Source: Mobula hypostoma (taxonomy: Eukaryota). From it: 64,000 nucleotides of DNA. The DNA lies in NCBI RefSeq assembly GCF_963921235.1, contig NC_086109.1:18974001-19038000 (forward strand), given 5' to 3'. Under the pieces are notes generated by a model. The model worked only from the letters and a program-made list of their open reading frames with translations, made no database searches and was not told the DNA's origin. The translations under genes were made by a program, and so were the position numbers. Positions 26,269-38,280 of this stretch are shown here, piece by piece (the stretch's first letter is position 1; each line of letters begins with the position of its first letter).

Positions 26269-27079
26269 CTATAGAATCTAGTCTTCTCTCTTGATCCTTC
26301 AACTATGAGTACATTCCAAATCTCTTCCAAAAGAAGTATTTTATCCCAGACTCATTTTTCATTGGACTTTTGCACACATGTACAAATGTTTGTACTTGTG
26401 CATACGACTCTACTAATAGTTTAAAAAAGAAGGATCTAATCTTTGATGGTATTTTAAGATTTTGGGGTTTACTTTGCAATGTATTCCCTTCCTCCCCACT
26501 TCCTCCATTATCTCCCTGTGATCATTGCTCTCGTTTAACTTAACATAGACTTAAAATGCAACTGCAAAGATTTAAATATTAGACTAGCTTTGCTCCAGTG
26601 TTGTGTGGAGGCGACAAAGTGAGGAGAAGCTTCGGGACAGTGACATGACACATTCGGGCCATGACTCAGTTGCCAGGAGCACCCCTATTAGTGTTAGACA
26701 GAAGTTAGGATTGACACTTTGTATCAGCAAGAATGGATATTTTTAAGACTAAGCAGCAATGAAACAGATTTCAATTTGAAAGCTAAGTGAGTGTGCTACT
26801 GATTGACAGTCCACGTGCTTTGATGAAAGAACAGTGTCAGGAGGATCTTCTGCTGGGCTGAGACCATCTACTTCAACGATTTGTGTGGTGTCGGGTGCAA
26901 AATTGTTATCCAGTAATTCTTGTCTTGTCTGTCTCCCTGTGTTTACCTCTTCCTACCCAGTGTCTCTGTGTGCAAACCTTCTCCCAGTTATCTTTCTAAC
27001 GCATACAGTTTTGCACAGAGGTTGCACAATTAGCTGAGCGGCTCCATAGCAGCCCCTCACACTCCGTGCCATCCTACTA

Positions 27080-27735
27080 ACATCACCTCTCCTTCCAGGT
27101 GAGGCAACACTTCACCTGCACATCTGCTGGGGTCTGGTGCTCCCGATGCAGCCTCTTCCATATCGGTGGGACCCGTCGTAAATTGGGTCTTTGAGCACCT
27201 CCGCACCGTCCGCCACAAGCTAGACTTCCCGATGGCCAAACATTTTATTTCTAATTCCCATTCCCGTTCTGACAGGTCGATCCATAGTCTCCTTTGGTGC
27301 CAAGATGAGGCCACCCTCAAGGTGGAGGAGCACACCTTATATTTCATCTGAGTACCGTCCAATCTGATGGCATGATATCAATTTCTCCTTCCAATGAACA
27401 AATTCCTCCCCCCTCTATTCCCCACTCCCTTTCACTTCTTCTCACCTGCCTACTACTTCCCCCCGGGTTCCCTCCTCCTTCCTTTTCATCCATTGTCTAC
27501 TCTCCCCTCCTATCAGATTCTTTTTTTCTTTCGCCTTTGACCACCTGGTTTCGCCTGTTACCTTCCAGCTAGTCTCTTTCCCATCGCCCCACCTTTTTAT
27601 ATTTGCACCTTCCCCCTTCCTTCTCAGTCCTGAAGAAGAGTCTCAGCCTGAGACGTCATCTGTACTCTTTTCCATAGATGCAGCCTGGCCTGCTGAGATC
27701 CTCCAGGATATTGTGCGTATTGCTTTGGATTCTCT
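27080..27735 (+). mobile_element. Penelope-like element fragment (GIY-YIG plus pseudo-LTR)
   Basis: Contains caggtgaggcaacacttcacctgc, EHLRTV and AKHFISNSH, plus a degenerate hammerhead at 27625-27660 (GAAA changed to GAGA). Confidence 0.82.
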
Positions 27736-27935
27736 CAGCAGCCTCTTAACAAGCTTCATCATCCCAAACCAACAGACTCCTCTCTTTGCACTCTCAATTA
27801 GGATTCATCAGAAACTTAGTCAAGTGCCAGAATTCATCATTATCTTCCTTTGGAGTTTTCTTTCCTTGGTATCTTCGATTTTATCTGACTACCATCCAAG
27901 CTCCAACCTCCCAAACAAAAACAATTGGTTTCACT

Positions 27936-28476
27936 GAAGGTGAAGCCACACTTACGTTGGAAGAACAACACCTTATATTCCGTCTGGGTAGCCTCCAACC
28001 GGCTGGCATGAACATTGACTTCTCAAACTTCCGCTAATGCCCCACCTTCCCCTCGTAGCCCATCCATTATTTGTTTATTTATATACACACATTCTTTTTC
28101 TCCCTCTCCTTTTTCTCCCTCTCCTTTTTCTCCCTCTGTCCCTCTCACTATATCCCTTGCCCATCCTCTGGGTTTTTCCCCCTCCCCCTTTTTGTTCTCA
28201 TGTCCTACGATCCTCTCATATCCCTTTTGCCAATCAACTGTCCAGCTCTTGGCTCCATCCCTCCCCCACCTGTCTTCTCCTATCATTTCGGATCTCCCCC
28301 TCCCCCTCCCACTTTCAAATCATTTACTAGCTCTTCTTTCAGTTAGTCCTGACGAAGGGTCTTGGCCTGAAACGTCGACTGTACCTCTTCCTAGAGATGC
28401 TGCCTGGCCTGCTACGTTCACCAGCAACTTTTTTGTGTGTTGCTTGAAATTCCAGCATCTGCAGATTTCCTCGTGT
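27936..28476 (+). mobile_element. Penelope-like element 3' end, young copy with TSD
   Basis: EATLTLEEQHLIFRLGSLQPAGMNIDF is a GIY-YIG C-terminus. 11-bp TSD ttggtttcact at 27925-27935 and 28477-28487. Confidence 0.88.
28344..28381 (+). ncRNA. Minimal type-I hammerhead ribozyme motif, core intact
   Basis: tagtc CTGACGA agggtcttggcct GAAA cgtc gactg. Stem I agtc/gact, stem II agg/cct, palindromic stem III ACGU, predicted cleavage after GUC (28376). Confidence 0.78.
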
Positions 28477-30113
28477 TTGGTTTCACTTTCTGCTCACTGT
28501 CTGTGGTCATGCAGAGTTTCGTTCCTTCAAGTGCTTGTCCAGTTCTTTCAGGGTTTGAGGCCTGGTGATCAGGGACCCCCATCATCAATGAATTCGGAGT
28601 TCGAGGCCTGGAGTTCAGGACCTTCGTCTCTCATTATCTGCAAATCCTGAGGTGAAAATCAAAGACTGAAGCCCAATAGTAGATTTGAAATTCAGATCAA
28701 AGCCGAAAGATTGTTCGGGAGCCCAGAAGATGAAGACCGAAGGTTGGAACCCTGAATAAGTGAATCTCTGCAAGTCTGCTGAGGAACTCGAAAGCACAAT
28801 ATATGTGAATCTGCGAGTCTACTGGAGGCGGGAGGCAGAAGATCGTCTGTCCTGGGGTGAGCAGACTGCATATGTGCAAGGGTGAGTGAGTGGGTGGGTG
28901 GGAGAGAGGAAAAATTTTGTTGGTGTTTGGTATGCTCTGTTTTCTTGTGTTTTGTGTTGTTCTACTATGTTGGCACCGGAATAACCACAGGCAGTGAGTC
29001 ACTTGAGGGCTCAGGACATCCTTGGGTATGTTGATCATAAGTCAGAAACTAATTTGCTTCCATCAACCTTTCAGGCAGTGAATTCCAAATTTTATGTGCG
29101 TACTAGTACGTTACTCTCAGTGCTGTCGGCAATACTGACCCTCATCAATATGTTGGCCATTTCATACATCATCCACAACACTCCTACCAGTGGGAACACA
29201 ACCAGTCCAAAGGCAAGGGGTAGGTGAGCCAAAGCTCCACTGGCTGAGTCACTGGGTCATTCTCTTAACTGGAAGATTGAAGGAGGTAGAAGCAGCTGAG
29301 CGAGATTAGCAAAACAAGTAACAAGATGTTGTAATGAGATCAACAAAGTTAACAGTTTGAAATGGGGATGAAGAAATCACAGGTGATCTGAACAATATAG
29401 CAATAAAATAAGTATGATGTTTGAGATTGAATAAAGCATGAACTTCTGCGCCCATGAGGTATGTGTGTTTTTTTAAAAAAAACTGAAAATAATGTAAGCT
29501 TCCTATTTGTTTTTCCCACTCCTCCAATAAAAATGCATCCATTTGCATGATCTCAAGCAGATGACAATGATGCGTTAAGGCTAATTCACAGTTTAATTCA
29601 TTCTGACTCTGTCATGGCCAGGATTTGCCCCCATTGTTAATGCAGCATTGTTGTGAATGTAACAGGTAATTAAATAGATAACTGCCTGAACAAATACGAT
29701 AGTGTCCTTGGCTACTATAGAAATATCCCTAATAAATTAATAAACTGTATCTCCAGTTACTGAAACTTAGTTGAAACCCTAATAAAATGTAAAACAAATG
29801 ATCTATTTTCAGATCCCATCCTCCACATCAGCCCAGCCTAAAATTACAGTAACATTTTTCTGGCTCCATTTCATCTGTTATACAAGACACTGCATAACCA
29901 AATTCTTAAAAGGTCAACTCCGAACACCACTGAGAGCAAATAAGTTTGTGTACAGAGGGGAGCAATTAAAATTTCCACAGTCAGAATGAATTCAAATGCT
30001 GTAACAGAGATTCCAAAGGTACCATGACTGAATAATTCACAGAAGGAAATCTGTAGTAAAATAAATGACCTTCTCAAACAATTTTCAAAATTCTACAAAG
30101 TGGAAGCTGAGAT

Positions 30114-32428
30114 TTTTTTTTATTTCAAAATATACTTTATTCAAAAATAAATATATACAATAAACCATTCAATAACTTTTCATCCTTTACATACGTTTCC
30201 ATTATAGTCAGTACATATCCGTATTTATAGCCACCCACGTGGCACTCCAGTAGTTCAGCTTACCATATCATTGTTGAGGGGTATACTCCCCGCCCACCGA
30301 CCCCTCCCACTCCCACGGGTGGAGAAACCTATACTGTGGTCCTTTCCCACCGGGCCCTTGCGGTGGCTGCACCGAGTTTCAGTGCGTCCCTCAGCACGTA
30401 CTCCTGCAGCCGAGAATGTGCCAGTCTGCAGCATTCTCCCACAGACATCTCCACGTGCTGGTAGATCATCAAGTTTCGGGCCGACCAAAGAGCGTCTTTC
30501 ACCGAGTTGATGATCTGCCAGCAGCACCGGATGTTGGTCTCCGTGTGCGTCCCCGGGAACAGCCACTACATCAGAGAGTCCTCTGTTACGCAGCTGCTGG
30601 GGATAAAACGTGACACTAGCCCATCCATCCTCCTCTACACCCTCTTTGCGAACTGGTAGTGTGCAAAGAGGTGGATCACAGACTCCTCCTCACTGCAGTC
30701 CTCCCGTGGGCAGTGGGGTGCGGAGACGACGTTCCGGGCGTACAGGAGGGCTCTGACTGGGAGGGCCCCTCTCACCGCCAGCCAGGCGAGGTCTTGGTAC
30801 CCGTTGGTGAGATCTGGCGATGAGGCATTTTGCCAGATGAACTGGACGGTCTGCTCAGGGAACCACCCCACTATGTCCATCACGTCCTTCTCCTGCAGTG
30901 CCTGCAGGACACTACATGCCGACCACTGCCTGATGGCCCTGTGGTCAAAGGCGTTCTCCTGGAAGAACTTTGCTACATAGGATAGGTATGCCGGCAACAA
31001 CCAGCTGACTGGGGCGTTGCGCGGGAGTGGGGCCAGACCCATCCTTCGTAGCCAGGGCGACAGGTAGAACCTGGGCACATAGTGGTACTTGGTGCCCACA
31101 TACCTGCGTTCTACACACAACCTGATACAGCCACATACGAAGCTGGCCATCAGGGTGAGGGCGACATTGGGGACGTTCTTGCCCCCGTTGTCCAGGGACA
31201 TGTGCATGACGGTCCATCTCACCTGCTCCATCTTGGATCCCCAGACGAATCTGAAGACAGCCCGGGTGATTTCCGAGCCGTAGGAGCAGGGGACGGGCCA
31301 GACCTGCGCCAAGTACAGCAGCCCTGAGAGCACCTCACACCTGATGACCAGGTTCTTGCCCGTTATCGACAGGGAGTGCCCTCTCCACAGTCCCAGTTTC
31401 TGTTTCACCTTGGCAGTCCGCTCCTGCCAGTTCTTGTTGCACACCTCAGCCCCTCCGAACCAGATCCCCAACACCTTCACGTGGTCAGTCCTGATGGTGA
31501 AGGGGACACTGGATCGGTCGGGCCAGTTGCCGAAGAGCATAGCTTCGCTCTTCGTGCGGTTGACCCTGGCCCCCGACGCTAGCTCGAACTGTTCGCAGGT
31601 GCCAATCAACCTGCGAACTGACCTCGGATCAGAGCAGAAGACGGTGATGTCGTCCATGTACAGGGAGGTTTTCACTTGGGTCCCTCCACTGCCTGGCAGC
31701 GTCACCCCTCTTATGCCTTCATCCCTCCTGATGGCTTCCGCAAACGGTTCTATGCAGCAGACAAACAAGACGGGAGAGGGGACAGCCCTGCCTGATTCCA
31801 GACCTGATGGGGAAGCTGTCTGTTTCCCACCCATTGACCTGGACTGCACTACGGATGTCTGTGTAGAGCAGTCTAATCCAATTCCGGATTCCCTCCCCAA
31901 ATCCCATTTTGGAGAGTACGTGTGCGATATCCTGTCAAAGGCTTTCTCCTGGTCCAAGCTGAGCAGGCAGGCGTCCACCCCCCTGTCCTGCATGTAGGCG
32001 ATGGTGTCCCTCAGCAGCGCGAGGCTGTCTGAGATCTTCCTGCCCGGTACAGCACAAGTTTGGTCTGGGTGGATCACCTGTCCCAGAGCAGACTTAACCC
32101 TGTTGGCAATAGCCTTGGACAGGATCTTGTAATCCACATTCAGGAGAGAGATGGGTCTCCAATTTCCAATGTCCTCCCTTTCCCCCTTCTGCTTGTAGAT
32201 GAGGGTGATGATGCCCTTCCTCATGGACTCAGACATACTGCCGGCCAGAAGCATAGCGTTGTACACTTCTAGCAGGTCTGGGCCCATCCAGTTCCACAGA
32301 GCCGAGTACAACTCAGCTGGTAAGCCGTCGCTTCCGGGAGTCTTACCCGACCCAATGGAATGGATGGAGCCTGTCAGCTCGTCCAGGGTCAGTGGCTGAT
32401 CTAGACTCTCCTGCTTGCCGTCATCTAA
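30114..32428 (-). mobile_element. Tx1/L1-clade LINE, 5'-truncated ORF2 (RT plus CCHC-like C-terminus)
   Basis: Contains NWRPISLLNVDYKIL, LDQEKAFDRISH, GIRQGCPLS (alternate frame), YMDD and CPREDC...H. Poly-A tail at 30114. 11-bp TSD gaagctgagat at 30103-30113 and 32429-32439. Confidence 0.93.
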
Positions 32429-32610
32429 GAAGCTGAGATATGCTCAGTGCCTGCTTTGTTAGGTAGCTGCTGTACCCAATAAAGTGGCCACTGAGTTCAC
32501 CTTCTGTTGCTGTAGCCCATCCACTTCAAGGTTCAATGAGTTGTGTGTACAGAGATGCTATTCTGCACACCACTGTTGTAACGCATGTTTAGTTGAGTTA
32601 CTGTCGTCTT

Positions 32611-33950
32611 TGAAATGCTTTGAGAGGTTGGTCATAACTAGACTGACCTCCTGCCTCAGCAAGGACCTGGACCCATTTCAATTTGCCTATCGCCACAATA
32701 GGTCAACGGCAGATGCAATCTCAATGGCTCTCCACACGGCTTTAGACCACCTGGACAACACAAACACCTACGTCAGGATGCTGTTCATTGCTTCATAGCT
32801 CAGCATTTAATACCATCATTCCCACAATCCTGATTAAGAAGTTGCAGAACCTGACCCTCTGTACCTCCCTCTGCAATTGGATCCTCGACTCCCTAACTGG
32901 AAGTCTGTGCGGATTGGTGATAACATATAACTGACGATCAACACTGGCGCACCTCAGGGGTGTGTGCTTAGCCCAAATGCTCTTTTCTCTATATACACTT
33001 GGCTGTGTGGCTTGGCATAGCTCAAATACCATCTATAAATTTGCTGTCGATACAGCCATTGTTGATAGAATCTCAGGTGATGACAAGATGGCGTACAGGA
33101 GTGAGATATGCCAACTAGTAGAGTGGTGACGCAGCAACAACCTGGCACTCAACGTCAGTAAGACGAAAGAGCTGATTGTGAACTTCAGGAAGGGTAAGAT
33201 GAAGGAACACATTACCAATCTTCATAGAGGGATCGGAAGTGGAAAGACTGAGCAGTTCCAAGTTCTTGGGTGTCAAGATCTCTGAGGATATGACCTGGTC
33301 CCAACATATTGATGTAGTTATAAAGAAGGCAAGACAGCAGCTATACTTTATTAGGAGTTTGAAGAGATTTGGCATGTCAACAAATAAACTCAAAAACCTC
33401 TATAGTTGTACCATGGAGAGCATTCTGACAGGCTGCATCACTGTCTGGTATGGAGGGGCTACTGCACAGGACCGAAAGAAGCTGCAGAAGCTTGTAGTAA
33501 AACTAGTCAGCTCCATCTTGGGCACTAGCCTACAAAGTTTCAAGGACATCTTTAGGGAGCAGTATCTTGGAAAGGCAGCATCCATTATTAAGGACCTCCA
33601 GGACCCAGGGCATCCCTTTTCTCGCTGTTACCATCAGGTAGGAGGTACAGAAGCCTGATGGCACATACTCAGTGATTCAGGAACAGCTTCTTTCCCTCTG
33701 CCATCTGATTCCTAATTGGACATTGAAGCTTTGGACACTAACTCACCTATTTTTGTAATATACAGTATTTCTGTTTTTGCACTTTTTTTAATCCATTCAA
33801 TATACATAATTGATTTACCTGTTTATTATTTTATTATTATTATTATTATTAGTTTTTTCTCTCTGCTAAATTATGTATTGCATTGAACTGCTGCAAAGGT
33901 AACAAATTTCACGTCACATGCCGGTGATAATAAACTTGATTCTGATTCTG
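32611..33950 (+). mobile_element. Rex/Babar-clade LINE, 5'-truncated RT
   Basis: [24 protein letters not shown], gcacctcaggggtgtgtgcttagc (APQGCVLS), KFLGVKIS and ESILTGCITVWYG, with a (gattct)n tail. Confidence 0.9.
33825..33851. repeat. (TTA)n microsatellite in a LINE 3' UTR
   Basis: Direct reading of ttattattattattattatta. Confidence 0.85.
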
Positions 33951-34623
33951 CCAGCTTGAACAAGTCTGGCCATTCTCATCTGACCTCTCTCATTAACAAG
34001 GCATTTTCATCCACAGAACTACTGCTCATTCGATTTTTCGTTTGTCTTTCACACCATTTTCTGTAAACTCTGGAGACTGCGGAGCGGGAAAATCCCAAGA
34101 GATCAGCAGTTTCTGAGATTCTCAAACCACTTGCCTGGCACCAATAATCATTCCACGGTCAAAGTCATTTGGATCACATTTTTTTCCTCACTCTGATGTT
34201 TGGTCTGAACAATAACTGAACTTCTTGCATGCTTCTGTGCACTGAGTTGCTATCACATGATTGGCTTGTTTGATATTTGCATTCACCACCAGGTGTACCT
34301 AATGAAGTGTTCACTAGTGTGTGTGATGTATGGTGTTCATAGAATACAATGTGGTGCAAGATATTCATATTAAGAGGTTTTAACGTGTTAAATCAAGAAA
34401 AAATAATTTTGCTGGAAAGTGAGTTGGCAACTAAAAATATTGCATCTATTAAAAGAAGGTGGGTGGCTGTGTTTTAATTGATGAATCAGGTCTCACACAA
34501 TCAAATTGTGATTTAATATTGTGATATAATCGATTGATGCTTAAAATTTGATGAGAGTCTCATTGACTAGCATATTTCTTTGGTATAATGGCCGAAAAGG
34601 CACTGAGCTGATGATGTTGTTGT

Positions 34624-35315
34624 GTACTTACTTACCACCCGTTATGCCTACTGGCAGGTAGGGCAGCAATGAATGTCCTCCACTCCTGTTTGTTCTGGGT
34701 TAGCTCCTGAATGGCACCCTAGGTGTAGTTCAGGGTCTTCAACTCTCCCTCTACAGTTCGACACCAGATATTCTTGGGTCTGCCTCTTTTCCTCTTTCCT
34801 TCTAGTGTCTGATGGAGGGCTATACGTGTGATGTTGTCAGGTTCCCTACTAAGCATATGCCCGATCCAGCTCCATCGCCTTCTCGTCAGGATGGTTTCAA
34901 TGCTCCCTTGATGGCATTGAGCAAGTAGTTTGTCATTTGAGATGATGTTTGGCCAGAATACTCTTAAGATTCTTAGGTTCTTTGTGTGGAAGACTGACAA
35001 CTTAGTGAGGTAGCATCCTGTCATTCTCCAGCATTCTGATCCATAGAGGAAGGTAGAAAGAACACAGCTCTGATACAAACTTAGCTGGGTCTTGATGTTG
35101 TACTGTTGGGACCTCCATACATTGCTGAGCATTCTGAAAGCATTTCTGGCCTTGCTTAGACGGTTCTTGATGTTGTTGCCTGTTCCTCCATCGTGTCTGA
35201 TAGTGCTGCCCAAGTAGGTGAACTCCTCTGTTGTAAAAAGGTCTTCTCCATTCACTTGGATTGTTGAAGGGTTTGAGATGTTCAAAGTCATCACCTCCGT
35301 TTTCTTCAGACTAAA
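34624..35315 (-). mobile_element. RTE-clade LINE 3' fragment
   Basis: ORF 34719-35363 contains KKTEVM, EEFTYLGS, LYGSECW, WIGH and GKRKRGRPK. Tail is (taag)n. TSD gttgttgt at 34616-34623 and 35316-35323. Confidence 0.9.
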
Positions 35316-36735
35316 GTTGTTGTATAAGATGTACATAATATTTTTAAATGTCTGGATCAACATTATGTTTCATAAAGTATCTTCACCATTGTAAAATGTC
35401 CCAAAGTGCTCTAGAGAAGAAGTATGTAATAATTTGGCATTGAACAACAAGGAAAAATTGAGGCAGAGGACTGCAGATCTGGTCAAAAAGAGACTGGAAT
35501 ATTTCTTTAGTGTACGGAGTTTAATGAAGGACATTTAAGTACAGACTTGCCAGGGGATTAAGGGCTTTGGCACCTGAAGATACGCCTGTTAATGATGAAA
35601 CAATTAAACCTGAAGCGATTAAAGCCTGTGGTGGAGTAGTGCAGATGTCTCAGGTAGTTAGAGAACTTAAACTGATTTGTCGGCAAACAGTTTGCTTCTA
35701 TAACCAACAACAAATCGAAAACATTTAATAACAGTCCTTCCAAATCAGTTCTTTTGTGTTATGTTGCCGCCAGTAACTTAGTCTTCCTCTTTAATAAAGT
35801 ACCTGCCACATTCCGTTGGCTCTCCATGAGTAATGTTTTGTCTTTGAGCTAATCACAAGTCTACAACGAACCCCCACCTGGATTCTTGGTGCTTACAGTT
35901 ATTGTATTATCATAAGATGATATTACATCTTTTATAGTTCTGAGCATACACGTCAGCACTCTCAGACTCAGTCTTACTGAGTGCTTCTTTATTGTCTTCA
36001 TAAGGTAACATAAAATAAGCAATAAAGTCTTTCTCTTCCCAAATACGATGTCAGGAACACAAATAGTTTTCCCACTAGTTTTGATCCATTTGCTAAAGGA
36101 CAGAAAATTGCTATATTACTAAATTAATTTATTACTGTCAGGGAAAAACTTAGTATTGCATGCTGTCCGTAGCTCTTCATCACAGCAGTGCATTGAGACA
36201 GTACACAGAAAAACAATAACAGAATGCCGAATAAAGTCTTATAGGTACAGAGTAAGTGCCATGCAGGTCAATAATAAGGCACAGGGCTATACTGAGGTAG
36301 ACTGTCAGGTCAAAGAGCCCACCTTGTCTTACTAGGGGGCTCATTTAAAAGTCTTATTTTAGCAGAAGAATAGAAGCTGTCCTTGCGCCTGGTGATGAGT
36401 GCTTTCAAGCTTTTGTATCTTGTGGCCAAAGGGTCGGGAGAGATGGGAGAATGTCTGAACTAGGTGCGGTCTTTGATTATTTTGGCTGGTTTACCAAGAC
36501 AGTAAAGTGTAAACAAAATCCAGTCCTGAGAAGGACGTATAAGACCTTGCAGGTATTTGAAAACAGGACTGAGAATTCTTACTTCAAGTTGTTATTTTTT
36601 AAACTGGGAGACAATGAGATAAGGTGATGGGCAGCACAACATTTGATTCAGCTCTTTAGAGAATGGAGAACGAGGGAGGACAGCCAGAGTTACATTGGCA
36701 CAGCTAAGTCTGGATGTGTTCAAAGTTTCAGCACC

Positions 36736-37153
36736 CGTCCAAAGGGACCACGACCTTGTCGTGGTTTGGAGGCTCGTGTGCCTCAATGATCCAGAGAGCT
36801 ATGTTGGCTGGAGTCAGGGCTTTATGCTTTGGCTCTTCGTAGGGTCACCCATGCCAGGCAGGACAAAGGGTAGAGGGCAGACTAAGAGTGGTCTACCGGT
36901 CCTCCAGTTTTGGGGGTTCAGCTCAAGGCTACCAACCCTGACTGGTAAAACAAAACCGTTCTGGAAACAGCAATGAAGAACCCTTCTACATCTGCGTTCA
37001 ATGGTATTCCTGAGTCTCCATCCAGAACTTGCGTGGCTGACATTAGTGAAAACTCAGCTACTGACACAATGAAAGAAACCCTGAACACTGACATGGATGG
37101 AAGACCATTACCAGCTAAATGCCAACAGCATAACGGGCAGTAAGAAAATAAAT
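36736..37153 (+). mobile_element. Bipartite non-autonomous RTE (5' UTR fused to 3' tail), 418 bp
   Basis: 13-bp TSD aagtttcagcacc at 36723-36735 and 37154-37166. BovB-like 5' motif gaccttgtcgtgg...ctcaatga...gagctatg. Tail gcataacggg..gtaag matches the RTE at 34624. Confidence 0.82.
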
Positions 37154-37954
37154 AAGTTTCAGCACCAGAGTTGAAGTTTGACAACATTACAAAGGTGGAA
37201 ACAAGTGATCTTAAAAATGGAAAAATTATGTGATTTGAAACTAACCCTGTGGCCAAATATAAACCAAGTTGCCAATGGTTTGGGGCAACAGACAATCTGT
37301 TGAAGGAGCTCGTTGGGCCATGCAGTATCTGTGAGAGGAAATGAACTGATATTTTGGGTCAAAACTCTGCATTGGGACTGATAACCTGGGATCGTTTGAA
37401 ATATGATACTGTACCTGGGTAAAAATGGGGGTTGGAATTAGAGAATCAGAATTTGTAGACCTGACGACAATGCTATTTATCTTCACTGTACTTAGAGAAT
37501 GTTAGAGCCTATCAGAGATGTCAGCATACATGTGAAAAGATATAATATTTGGTCAAAAACTCAGAAATCTATAGTTGCAGGAAATCTGAAACAGGGAAAA
37601 GTGACGCTGAAAACAATATGGGTTATACAGTATCTGTGGAAAGGTAAACAGAATTAGAGGGTCATGTTAAAAGTACCAAAGAGAGAAAACCAGTCTATTT
37701 GAAGTTGTGGAGAGGGTGGGAATGAATGGACGGGATAAAAGGAGCCTCGAAAATGGTTTTTTGGGGTAATGCTCTGCTGGTGAAGTTATCTGGTTGATAG
37801 GTTAATGTGGAAGTCTGAGTGAGATTACCAAAAATGGAATATAAATATTGTGTAGTGCAGAAGCCCCTCCCCCCAATTGTGGCATATACTGAAAATGTTG
37901 CTAACAAAGGGCCTAAAGCATTGTTGAGGATCCCTATCACCCATCCACAATCTC

Positions 37955-38280
37955 TTTGACCCATTACCGTGAGGAAGGAGGTACAGAAGCATCAGGGCTA
38001 GGACTGTCAGATGGGGTAACAGCTTTCTCCCTTAGGCTGTGAGACCAATGATTACCCTACCACCATTGAGGTCTGCTCACTAGGACAGCGAGCTGTTTAC
38101 CGTTTGCCTCCGCTGCACACAAGATGCATTTTGAATTATATTTTATTAACTTATGTTATGGTAATATTTAGGTTTATGTGTTACATGTGATATATGTTTT
38201 GTGGGTGCATCATAGTCTGGAGGAACGTTGTTTAATTTGGTTGTATTTATGCACAGTCAGATGACAATAAACTTGAATAA
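37955..38280 (+). mobile_element. Rex/Babar-like 3' fragment
   Basis: ggaaggaggtacagaagcatcagg...cagctttctcccttaggctgtgagac, with tail gacaataaacttgaa. Confidence 0.6.

Larger units (their letters stand above)
32441..34319. mobile_element. Non-autonomous Tc1/mariner-like element split by a Rex/Babar LINE
   Basis: Degenerate TIRs (tgctcagtgcctgctttgttaggta / tacctaatgaagtgttcactagtg). The two halves rejoin to match 10960-11545. Confidence 0.65.

Noticed and set aside
28015..28650. 211-aa Ser/Pro-rich ORF
   Set aside because: It is a translation of the pyrimidine-rich PLE pseudo-LTR.
30635..32311. 558-aa ORF as an intact or domesticated reverse transcriptase gene
   Set aside because: Two compensating frameshifts put the QGCPLS region in another frame (31719-31907). 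The element is 5'-truncated and has stops downstream, so it is a dead copy.
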